Shown here: one piece after another, positions 10,805 through 20,829 of the stretch
Numbering within the stretch: the stretch's first letter is position 1
How the letters are laid out: every line of letters starts with the position of its first letter
Assembly: GCF_001194135.2 (NCBI RefSeq)
Contig: NC_068987.1
Location: 86,536,380-86,572,778 of the forward strand
DNA: 36,399 bases
Source: Octopus bimaculoides
Lineage: Eukaryota
Direction of reading: 5' to 3'
Program-made: the position numbers and the translations under genes
The notes under the pieces: model-generated
The model's input: the letters and a program-made list of their open reading frames with translations, nothing else
Databases searched by the model: none
Told to the model about the DNA's origin: nothing

Positions 10805-10843
10805 ATCCGTCAAATGTAAATAATGTAAATAATGTAAATAATG
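10805..10843 (+). mobile_element. Short fragment of the H1 3' region
   Basis: atccgtcaaatgtaaataatgtaaataatgtaaataatg matches H1 at 7740-7765 and the reverse complement of 7185-7207. Confidence 0.6.
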
Positions 10844-10854
10844 CACTATTTTTA

Positions 10855-11055
10855 AGGACTCGAGCTGGCAGAATCTTTACCATACCGGGAAATATCCTTA
10901 GCGGTATTTTCACCTCCTCCAGGTTTTGTGTTCAAATTCCGTCGCTGTCGACTTTATTTCACATCATTTCGGGGTCAATAAAATACGTAACAGATGTAAT
11001 CGATTATCCCTCTCCCCAGAAAATTGCTGGTCACGTGCCAAAATATGAAATGAAT
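10855..11055 (+). mobile_element. SINE family A
   Basis: cgagctggcagaatc...cttagcggtattt...gttcaaattccgtcgctgtcgacttt...tttcggggtcaataaaata...aaattgctggtcacgtgccaaaat. Confidence 0.82.
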
Positions 11056-11202
11056 ACATACGAGGTGGTGCTGAAAATTTTCCGATTCTAAGAGTATCGC
11101 GAATGGCCTTGTTGGTGGCCTAAATTTCTGAGCTCTTTTACGTGCTTAGAAAAATCTGTAGGACTGCTGCAATTAGTGTGTGAACTTGTGAGAGGAATAT
11201 AT

Positions 11203-11620
11203 TACTCTTTTACTCTTTTACTTGTTTCAGTCATTTGACTGCGGCCATGCTGGGGCACTGCCTTTAGTCGAGCAAATCGACCCCAGGACTTATTCTTTGT
11301 AAGCCTAGTACTTATTCTATCGGTGTCTTTTGCCGAACCGCTAAGTTACGGGGGACGTAAACACACCAGCATCGGTTGTCAAGCGATAGTGGTGGGACAA
11401 ACACAGACACACAAACACACACACATGTATGTGTATGTACACATATATACATATATACGACAGGCTTCTTTCAGTTCCCGTCTTCCAAATCCACTCACAA
11501 GGCTTTGGTCGGCCCGAGGCTATAGGAGAAGACACTTGCCCAAGGTGCCACGCAGTGGGACTGAACCTGGAACCATGTGGTTGGTAAGCAAGCTACTTAA
11601 CACACAGCCACTCCTGCGCC
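11203..11620 (-). mobile_element. SINE family B, full length (tRNA-like head, internal (TA/TG)n, short-repeat tail)
   Basis: Minus strand ggcgcaggagtggctgtgtgttaagtag...ccaggttcagtccc (B-box-like)...ccttgggcaagtgtctt (CORE/V-like motif)...ccagcatggccgcagtcaaatgactgaaacaagtaaaagagtaaaagagta. Possible TATAT TSD at 11198-11202 and 11621-11625. Confidence 0.9.
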
Positions 11621-12087
11621 TATATGGTGAATAAAATTGTAAATTAATCGCATTTTCTCTTATTCAAAGCTAGGAACTTTCCAACATCCCTCCATGTGTC
11701 ATTTTCTGAACTTAAAGAAACTAAAACGAAGTATGTCTGCAAAGTTTTAGTAGAAGTATGCATTTAATAATTTTTAATAGAACCAAAAATATTCATTAAG
11801 AACAAAGGAGAAACTTCATAGAAATCTTAATTCATGACTTCTCTATTTTGAAATTAAATTCAATGTTAATTCATTTTGATGAATTAATAATCTTATAAAT
11901 AATATATTTTATTTTTAATTAACAAATTATTAATTTATAAATTTCAATTAATCAATTAATTATTAATTTCTAAAAAAAATCGAATATTCAGCCATTTAAA
12001 AAATATAAGGAAGGCAAAAAACATATAAATAGCGTATGGGAACTAATAATACTAATAAAGACAATAACAACAATTAAATTAATAATA

Positions 12088-12124
12088 CTGATGATGATCA
12101 TCATCATCATGATCATAATGATAC

Positions 12125-12204
<80 letters not shown>

Positions 12205-12207
12205 GTG
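12088..12207. repeat. (GAT)n microsatellite
   Basis: Direct reading; runs into a gap. Confidence 0.97.
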
Positions 12208-12739
12208 NNNNNNNNNNNNNNNNNNNNNNNNNNNNNNNNNNNNNNNNNNNNNNNNNNNNNNNNNNNNNNNNNNNNNNNNNNNNNNNNNNNNNNNNNNNNN
12301 NNNNNNNNNNNNNNNNNNNNNNNNNNNNNNNNNNNNNNNNNNNNNNNNNNNNNNNNNNNNNNNNNNNNNNNNNNNNNNNNNNNNNNNNNNNNNNNNNNNN
12401 NNNNNNNNNNNNNNNNNNNNNNNNNNNNNNNNNNNNNNNNNNNNNNNNNNNNNNNNNNNNNNNNNNNNNNNNNNNNNNNNNNNNNNNNNNNNNNNNNNNN
12501 NNNNNNNNNNNNNNNNNNNNNNNNNNNNNNNNNNNNNNNNNNNNNNNNNNNNNNNNNNNNNNNNNNNNNNNNNNNNNNNNNNNNNNNNNNNNNNNNNNNN
12601 NNNNNNNNNNNNNNNNNNNNNNNNNNNNNNNNNNNNNNNNNNNNNNNNNNNNNNNNNNNNNNNNNNNNNNNNNNNNNNNNNNNNNNNNNNNNNNNNNNNN
12701 NNNNNNNNNNNNNNNNNNNNNNNNNNNNNNNNNNNNNNN

Positions 12740-12795
12740 AGGAGGAGGAGGTGGATGAGGAGGAGGTGGAGGAGGAGGTGGAGGAGGAGGTGGAT
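12740..12795. repeat. (GGA)n-rich repeat
   Basis: Direct reading; follows the gap. Confidence 0.9.
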
Positions 12796-12960
12796 AATGT
12801 TATTGATAATGATGATGTTCAGAAACAAACCGGATGAAACAATTTGATAGAATCACAGATTGATATAGCCGTCAGTCACGGAGCAAATGGAGGACTTTTG
12901 AAAAATAAAAGACATTAATCATTATTTAAGTAAAAGCAAACATAAAGAAAGAATACATTT

Positions 12961-13255
12961 GCGTTTGAAGAAATGAAATAAATTCTAATTGCAGATTTGT
13001 CTTTAGCGCATTTCGATCCTGAAATGGACATTTAGCGTATGATGCTTCGGAGAACGAAACAGGGATGTATGAAAGCAGTGATTCATATTCCGTGCTCGCT
13101 GATATAGGCAGAGAAAACTACAGTCGGGACCTTCTTGTGCGTTACTGGTAAGATGTAACCCGGTACAACCTGTTGCATGCCCCGTGACATCGAAAAATTG
13201 GTGAAAACTTGTAGAGGTTGCGCGCTCGGCAGCCAAAGTGCCACCAGTTAAAATA
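12961..13255 (+). mobile_element. Ty3/Gypsy pol remnant (RNase H start joined to integrase HHCC region), heavily deleted
   Basis: AFEEMK*ILIADLSLAHFDP, YDASENETG (DAS motif), KAVIH...AEKT(N)YS-like, then RDIEKLVKTCRGCAL (CxxC of the integrase zinc finger). Confidence 0.75.
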
Positions 13256-13371
13256 CTTATCATGTCCCGTGAAAGGGCCGATATTGTGTGAAAATTCAAA
13301 TTCCTAATTTCAAATTCCAAGCTGATATTTCCTTATTCCTTCGGAATTTGAGAAATCAAAAGGAGTGATCT

Positions 13372-13649
13372 TGTAGCGAGAATACGACACCCTGTGACAA
13401 GAACAGACTGGACCACTGCATATGAAGAGAAGCGGTCTGATGTAGTCGGCAGTTCGTAGTTTGGTCTTTACAGTTTCAGTTAGTGTGTTGGAATTATTGA
13501 TTGTTGGTTAGTAAGAGATAGTTGGTGCGTTGCGTGTTTGTTACTGCCGCTGTTTCTATTTTGCATTCTTATAACACTTAAAGTGTATTCCTTATCTATC
13601 GTTGACAATATCAACTGTACTACGATACTAGAGGTGTAAGGATATAACA
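13372..13649 (+). mobile_element. Probable 3' LTR of the Gypsy element
   Basis: Begins TGTA and ends AACA; preceded by purine-rich aaaaggagtga (PPT-like); lies downstream of the pol remnant. Confidence 0.6.
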
Positions 13650-13692
13650 GTACCCCAGTGTCACTTTGGTGATATGCATTGCTCTCTCACCT

Positions 13693-13707
13693 AACAACAA
13701 CAACAAC

Positions 13708-13773
<66 letters not shown>
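13693..13773. repeat. (AAC)n(AAT)n microsatellite
   Basis: Direct reading. Confidence 0.97.
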
Positions 13774-13774
<1 letters not shown>

Positions 13775-14356
13775 TATGAAGATATACGATATTATACCAA
13801 AATTAGAAGTGATCATTATGCAACTAACCGCAGATTGTTTTATTTACTACACAACAATAGTAAAATACGTAAAATAAGGATAGGAATGTAGTAAATCAAA
13901 AATTTAACAACACTATTCTCCCTTCTTTCGTATTCAAAAGAAGAAAATCAAATTAGATTCGACAGTTTCATGTGTCCTAAACAAGAAATAAGAATATAAA
14001 GGAAAACTTAGTCAATAATCTTCGCGTCTGCCACAGTGCTTCGAAGAAGTGAAAAGAAATAGAAAACATTCACCTCAGGTTAAGAAAATTATGATTTAGT
14101 GCCTGAAGAAAAAGGTTGAGAAATTACAAAGCAGGGACTTGGTTACGAAAAGTTACGCAAAATGTTGAATGCTTTTAAAGCATCTCTATGCATACGCGCA
14201 CTCACACATTCACACACACGCATACATACATACATACATACATACAAATACACATACATAACTATATACACGCACATATGCATATATATATATTAGACAG
14301 AATGAGACAACAAATCCAAAGCTGTGAGGCCTTTTCAAGACATTTATAATGAAATA

Positions 14357-14404
14357 GTCTTACAGCTGTTTCTGGAATATTATTGATATCCCTTCATCAG
14401 AGTC
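14357..14404 (-). ncRNA. Type I hammerhead ribozyme motif (family H2), GUA cleavage triplet
   Basis: GACU CUGAUGA A GGGAUAU caaua AUAUUCC A GAAAC AGCU GUA AGAC. 7-bp stem II, palindromic ACAGCUGU stem III, stem I with one mismatch. Confidence 0.75.
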
Positions 14405-14589
14405 GGAGTGAGAAGATATTTGAGTTCGAATTATTGTGGAAAAGGAAGAGATAGGGAATATAGAAGAAAATAAGAGAATGAAAGTAGAAATAGGATATAT
14501 AAAGATATTGTCGTTGCAATTCCATTATTCGAGGAAAATGGTGCATAGAAGTGGTAAATATATATATGTATATATATATATATATATAC

Positions 14590-14805
14590 AATCCAAACAT
14601 GAACAAGCAAGGAAAAAACACGACAAAACAACGCGAAAACGTGGAATAAGTACAGTGTTATTGGACGTTTAGGAAAGGAAAGAAAAGAAAGAGGATTTCA
14701 CGTTTCGAGCGGAGCTCTTCATCAGAAATATAGAGAAAGTCCAAAGAAGTGAAGAGGGAGAAAAAAATCGCCAACGATACACACGCGGTCACATATTGAA
14801 AACGC
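14590..14805 (-). mobile_element. Probable Penelope-like element terminal (pLTR/3' UTR) fragment
   Basis: Contains hammerhead H3 in a pyrimidine-rich minus-strand UTR-like context downstream of ttcaatatgTGA. The assignment rests on the known PLE-hammerhead association; no RT or GIY-YIG sequence is seen. Confidence 0.45.
14695..14729 (-). ncRNA. Minimal type I hammerhead motif (family H3), non-permissive GUG triplet
   Basis: AUUU CUGAUGA A GAGC ucc GCUC GAAAC GU G AAAU. Perfect 4-bp stem I and 4-bp stem II; ACGU palindromic stem III. Confidence 0.7.
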
Positions 14806-17259
14806 ATGCGTATTCGTACAGAAATTCGTACATAAGCATACACACAAACATACACACGTACACATTCACAGGAATATGCAAACAACAATACACATACAGA
14901 TACAGAAATTTTCACGGACCGAAATAAAAGAAAAAAGACCTACAACAATAATTCAAAGAAGTTAAAATTTTACATAACTAAAATATGAAAGTTCCTATTA
15001 CCCTTGATGCAGGAAACGCTGCGACACTGTTTGATGAGATAGTTTTTTAAAATATTTTCGGAAAATTTTAAATACCCCTGTGAGCATATTTCCGGGATAT
15101 CTAATGTTCAGGAAAGCGAGAGTCAGATATTTTTAAATCTAAATTTTAGTAGTAATCTATCTTTCGCTAAGTTTTTCAAATTGAAAACCTAATTGATTTC
15201 GTTGTCAGCCAGTTTTGAAGAGAGTTTCTTAACACTAGAGATGCGTAATTTTATCACTTATATGTTTGTTGGACTTGAATGAAATGTGAATTTTATTTCA
15301 TCTTTGTTCTTTATTAAGGTTTCTCTTGAGGTCAGATTTTGTGTCGCCTTGAAAAAATTATCCCCACTCAAATATTGCTGTGGTTATTTTCTCGTTTTCT
15401 CGTTCATATTTTTATCGATGATTTGTGAAATTTCAACTATAATAATTATTTCTCTTTAATGAAACGAAGATGTTGCAAAATATGTCGATATTGCTGAGAC
15501 ACCGAGATTCTTGCTGTTCATTTCATCATTATCGTTTTCCGTCTTTTTCTCTCCAATTCTTCTGGACGTTCAGTATTAGCCACATCAGATGGAGCAAATC
15601 AGACTTTCTAGTCTGTTATTGATTTTATGCCGTTCGTTTAGGAGTCACGTACCTGTCACGTCTCAGAGGACTTCGGATGATTTTAGAACTTTTAAATACT
15701 TTTTCACTCACCCTAATCGCAAAACTTGCATTTCCTTAGCCCAACTCTATCTCTAACCTTTACAGGGATAAAATGTGACCACTGACCAGAGATGTACATT
15801 ATTTTCTATGTCTCTTATTGCGAATTGTATGTTTCTTTGACCATATACGTGTTGTGGTGTGGCATATGCTCATCCAGACATATGTAGAGCAAATTCACTT
15901 TGTTTTGATTTCCGCTTCTGTTTTTAAAAAACAACTATAGGTTTTATTTTTTTTTTACTTTGAAAGCTTTCTCCGAATCGATTAATATCTGTTTATTGTC
16001 TCTGACTCCAGGGCATAAGAAAACTATTTTGCGTTTCAAGAGATGATGGCATTAATTGATATTTTCATGAGAATCTAGAGCATCCATACTTCTAATTTAG
16101 ACTAAAACGTATGCTTTTATACACGAAGTACTATTTTGCACCATTGTGGATGAATTTCATTCCTACAGTCAAAGTATTTCACAGTGCCCAGTACCAAGTC
16201 TCGAGACATTAGGCATAAAACATTTCTATTTATTCAAACATTTGCATATTGTTCTAAATATGGAAAAATTACATACACCGTTAAAGAAGCTGAACTCAGT
16301 AAAACCGGATCCAGTTCACAGAAATATGACTTTCCTTTATCTATGTAATACTAATACATCAAATGAAAAAAAATACTTTTAGTCGTAAAACTAAAGAATG
16401 TGTACACTAAAAGTTAGAATTCTGTTTTTCCATTGCTTCTTCCCAACCGCCTCAATAATGTTATTTATAGGTTTATATATCTAAAGCTCACCTTAAATAT
16501 ACTTATACTGATATATTTTCAGTAAAACTATAATTCAAATACATTTATTCTGTGAAAATATGTATTCGTATTTTTCATGCCTTTAAACACAAAATAAAAC
16601 CATTTTTCACGTATGTTAAAGTTGTTCTTTTTTTTAAAAATTGAAATATAGANNNNNNNNNNNNNNNNNNNNNNNNNNNNNNNNNNNNNNNNNNNNNNNN
16701 NNNNNNNNNNNNNNNNNNNNNNNNNNNNNNNNNNNNNNNNNNNNNNNNNNNNNNNNNNNNNNNNNNNNNNNNNNNNNNNNNNNNNNNNNNNNNNNNNNNN
16801 NNNNNNNNNNNNNNNNNNNNNNNNNNNNNNNNNNNNNNNNNNNNNNNNNNNNNNNNNNNNNNNNNNNNNNNNNNNNNNNNNNNNNNNNNNNNNNNNNNNN
16901 NNNNNNNNNNNNNNNNNNNNNNNNNNNNNNNNNNNNNNNNNNNNNNNNNNNNNNNNNNNNNNNNNNNNNNNNNNNNNNNNNNNNNNNNNNNNNNNNNNNN
17001 NNNNNNNNNNNNNNNNNNNNNNNNNNNNNNNNNNNNNNNNNNNNNNNNNNNNNNNNNNNNNNNNNNNNNNNNNNNNNNNNNNNNNNNNNNNNNNNNNNNN
17101 NNNNNNNNNNNNNNNNNNNNNNNNNNNNNNNNNNNNNNNNNNNNNNNNNNNNNNNNNNNNNNNNNNNNNNNNNNNNNNNNNNNNNNNNNNNNNNNNNNNN
17201 NNNNNNNNNNNNNNNNNNNNNNNNNNNNNNNNNNNNNNNNNNNNNNNNNNNNNNNNNNN

Positions 17260-17340
17260 TCGGACAGACCGTCGGACAGACCGTCGGACAGACCGTCGGA
17301 CAGACCGTCGGACAGACCGTCGGACAGACCGTCGGACAGA
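17260..17340. repeat. 12-bp CpG-rich tandem repeat (CCGTCGGACAGA)n, about 6.5 visible units
   Basis: Direct reading; emerges from a gap. Confidence 0.92.
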
Positions 17341-17346
17341 TGGCTA

Positions 17347-17347
17347 T

Positions 17348-17383
<36 letters not shown>

Positions 17384-17520
17384 TTAGATAGATAGGCGGA
17401 CGGACGGACGGACAGACAGACAGACAGGCAGATAGATAGATAGATAGACAGACAGATAGACAGACATACATACAGACAGACAGACAGACACACAGACACA
17501 CAGACACACAGATAGCTAGA
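17347..17520. repeat. (GATA)n/(GACG)n/(GACA)n compound microsatellite
   Basis: Direct reading. Confidence 0.95.
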
Positions 17521-17771
17521 TGGGTAAAATTTTGGAATTATAACATTCTCATAAATAAATATTTTAATGAAACAATATTTAAAGTAATGTTCCTAATATC
17601 ACTGTCATGTTTTCAAATGAAAGGGTTGAAAGCTTATGTTATGATCCCATATCTATAGCCGTAACGCAAATTTTACATCTTGTTTGTGTTGAAGACTTGT
17701 ATATATCATTTGATGAATATACAATATGACAAAATTGCAGAAATTTCACAGATTTCAGATGAGGCTATCTA

Positions 17772-17999
17772 TTGGGCTGTCCGGAAAGTTCGTGCCGATT
17801 TTTAATGGAAGGAAAAAGGTCAATAAATACTTGCCATTACATTTTTAATCAACCAAATATGAACCATTTTGTTGCACAATGCGTCTCCATCTTTCCTTTA
17901 ACTTAAAAATACCCTCTTCCCAGAATTTAGGTGCTTTCATGGCAAACAAGTCGAAAAGTAAGCTACTATAAATCGGCACGAACTTTCCGGACAACCCAA
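17772..17999 (-). mobile_element. 228-bp internally deleted mariner (MITE-like) retaining the transposase C-terminus
   Basis: ~30-bp TIRs ttggg(c/t)tgtccggaaagttcgtgccgattt, TA on both sides (17770-17771, 18000-18001). Minus strand encodes FWEEGIFKLKERWRRIVQQNGSYLVD*. Confidence 0.92.
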
Positions 18000-20028
18000 T
18001 ATAATGATTGCACGAATGTAGCTTATATTTCTTTTTACTTTAAGAACTGCAACGTAGAATGTTTGAATATCATTTCGCTGAGAGTATGTGCATATCCCAT
18101 GCCATTCGATTGGACAAATTTTTCATATCAGTGCCCGATAAGTTAATCATAAATAACCAGATGTTGGATATGTTTATACGGGATATATTTAATAGAAGAT
18201 AGCGTATGCACCGCGAAATAAGATTTCTAATTTAATCATCGTAGTTAATCAAACCATCATTACTATTCGTGAAGTGTGGTTTCACATAGAAGCAGCACCT
18301 GCCGTTTACACTACCTTCAACAGAATTTCACACTAGCTTTTCGTTCCTTTACACAAACTGAATAAACATTAAAAAATAATGTATGATTCGAATTGCACTC
18401 AATAACGGGTAACACACAAGAGTACAGCATTCAGAAGATGTTTATAAGACAACTATTATTAGTAAGCCCATTCTGCAGCAATATATACTGACACAAAATA
18501 ACACATTTACATAGGTATCTCAACATATTTCTAACTCTTTCTCTTAATAGTACGTGCATCTACTTTTAGTATCTCACGCTTCTCACTCCTTTTTACCCCA
18601 CGAGTAATGGCTAAATCCACCCAGGACCCTCACATGCATGTTTCTTCCTAACAGGTTTAAAAATATATATCAAAGGTACGGACAAATGCAGGAAGTCTCA
18701 TCGACCATAAGACAATAAGATAGAATAGACTGGATTCGATGTTAAACACATAAGGAGCAGAATCTCAATCGAGCAGACTGAATGAAAAGAAATGCTTGCC
18801 GACAGACGTTTGCGTTTGTTGTATATACATAAATATGTGTGTATGAATGTATGTTCGTTTGTGTGTTTGGTTGGTTGTGTGTGTGTGCACATATGTGTGT
18901 GAATATGTCAATCAGCGTTGAGAAAAATATTCAGAGGTGCATTCATATGGAACGCGTTCGCGCACATTCTGTTCTGAAATATCGTGTCACAGCGGATGCA
19001 TTCATGAGATAATGTGATCCTCATATATACTATGTGTACGAGCAGATTGTAATATATACGATATGGTCGGAACGTAGGACCTATGCGTTTCAATGGCGTT
19101 GCGTGTCGTAAGCTACGGGCATCAGATCCCTCCTTATGAGCCCTGTAAGAACGATACTTCTTACACTTAAGAACAACAGATGCATTTATATATATATATA
19201 TATATNNNNNNNNNNNNNNNNNNNNNNNNNNNNNNNNNNNNNNNNNNNNNNNNNNNNNNNNNNNNNNNNNNNNNNNNNNNNNNNNNNNNNNNNNNNNNNN
19301 NNNNNNNNNNNNNNNNNNNNNNNNNNNNNNNNNNNNNNNNNNNNNNNNNNNNNNNNNNNNNNNNNNNNNNNNNNNNNNNNNNNNNNNNNNNNNNNNNNNN
19401 NNNNNNNNNNNNNNNNNNNNNNNNNNNNNNNNNNNNNNNNNNNNNNNNNNNNNNNNNNNNNNNNNNNNNNNNNNNNNNNNNNNNNNNNNNNNNNNNNNNN
19501 NNNNNNNNNNNNNNNNNNNNNNNNNNNNNNNNNNNNNNNNNNNNNNNNNNNNNNNNNNNNNNNNNNNNNNNNNNNNNNNNNNNNNNNNNNNNNNNNNNNN
19601 NNNNNNNNNNNNNNNNNNNNNNNNNNNNNNAATATCGATCTTATCCTTATTTATATAAATTAATTTTGTCAGTGTATTTACTGCGGTGATATTCTGTCCG
19701 TATCGCACATGGAGTTTTTAGGCGGGCTATTTAAGCTAGTAGTGTACATACATGCATATATATGTGTGTATACGTCCGTATATGTAAGTATACTGTTTAT
19801 ATACATATATTTGTATTCATGTACTTAAGTATATTCCACCGATGAAGGCAAAGCATTATTTATGCAAAGTCAGAAATCCAGGATCTGGAATTATCTTATT
19901 ATTTTTACTGGTTTATTTTGTCTTCGTCTTCGCTCCTTGTACTATGTGGACATTTATTGTGGTTTTAGAGTCAGAATTTGACCGCTATTTTTCAGCGTCG
20001 TGGTATCTCTTAGATACCCTGTATTATA

Positions 20029-20061
<33 letters not shown>

Positions 20062-20829
20062 AAAGCTTATCGCAATCTATTTGATGATTATTCGCGTTCA
20101 GTATCGATTTCTTTTCATTTAAATACATGATGGTATATTTACTTCAGAATTTTTCTAGTTTCCAGAATAGAAAACGGACATATGTCTTTATTTCAATCAC
20201 TGCGAACTAAGGGTCAGTTATATACAAGTCATTGCTTCCTACGTCTGTCTAGTTACTGTTGATTTAACTACTATTTAACAAGATGTAGACGGCAACGGTT
20301 TGTTAAATTTATTAGTTGTAGCAACAAAGAAAGCACAGTTTTAAGACAATAGAATTCATGAGCCTCAGTAATCTTTGTCTAATAATCACAAGTCTCTACA
20401 AGATTCTACTTTTTACTTAAGTGAAAGAAACTATATTTTTCTTTTGTATTCTATGGGATAGGGTTTATGGCGTTCACTGAAATGTCATCTTGTTAGGGAA
20501 ACAAAAATCGTAAATTTTCCAATGATGTAACCTACAAAGGTAATTTAGTTTTTCATATTTCATTACATTTAACAATAGTGTTAAATATGTTTGTGCATTT
20601 TCCAATGCCTGTGCGGTAATTGTGGGGTTTTTCTCCTATGATTTCCGCTCACATTATTGTCCTATATGTTTCCTTCTTGCTCTTTGCTTTGCATTATCGT
20701 CTAACTTGTTCCTCTCTACTTTAGATACATATTGTCTTTACTTTGCTCGGTTTCTGTCGACCCCGTTGAATCCATTATTAAATGATAGTTTCGAAGTGGG
20801 GATGGTTTTATTCCCAGCGCCTTGAATAT

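Noticed and set aside
17260-17340. Regular repeat considered as a CRISPR array
   Set aside because: No spacers, 12-bp unit, eukaryotic context and no cas genes.
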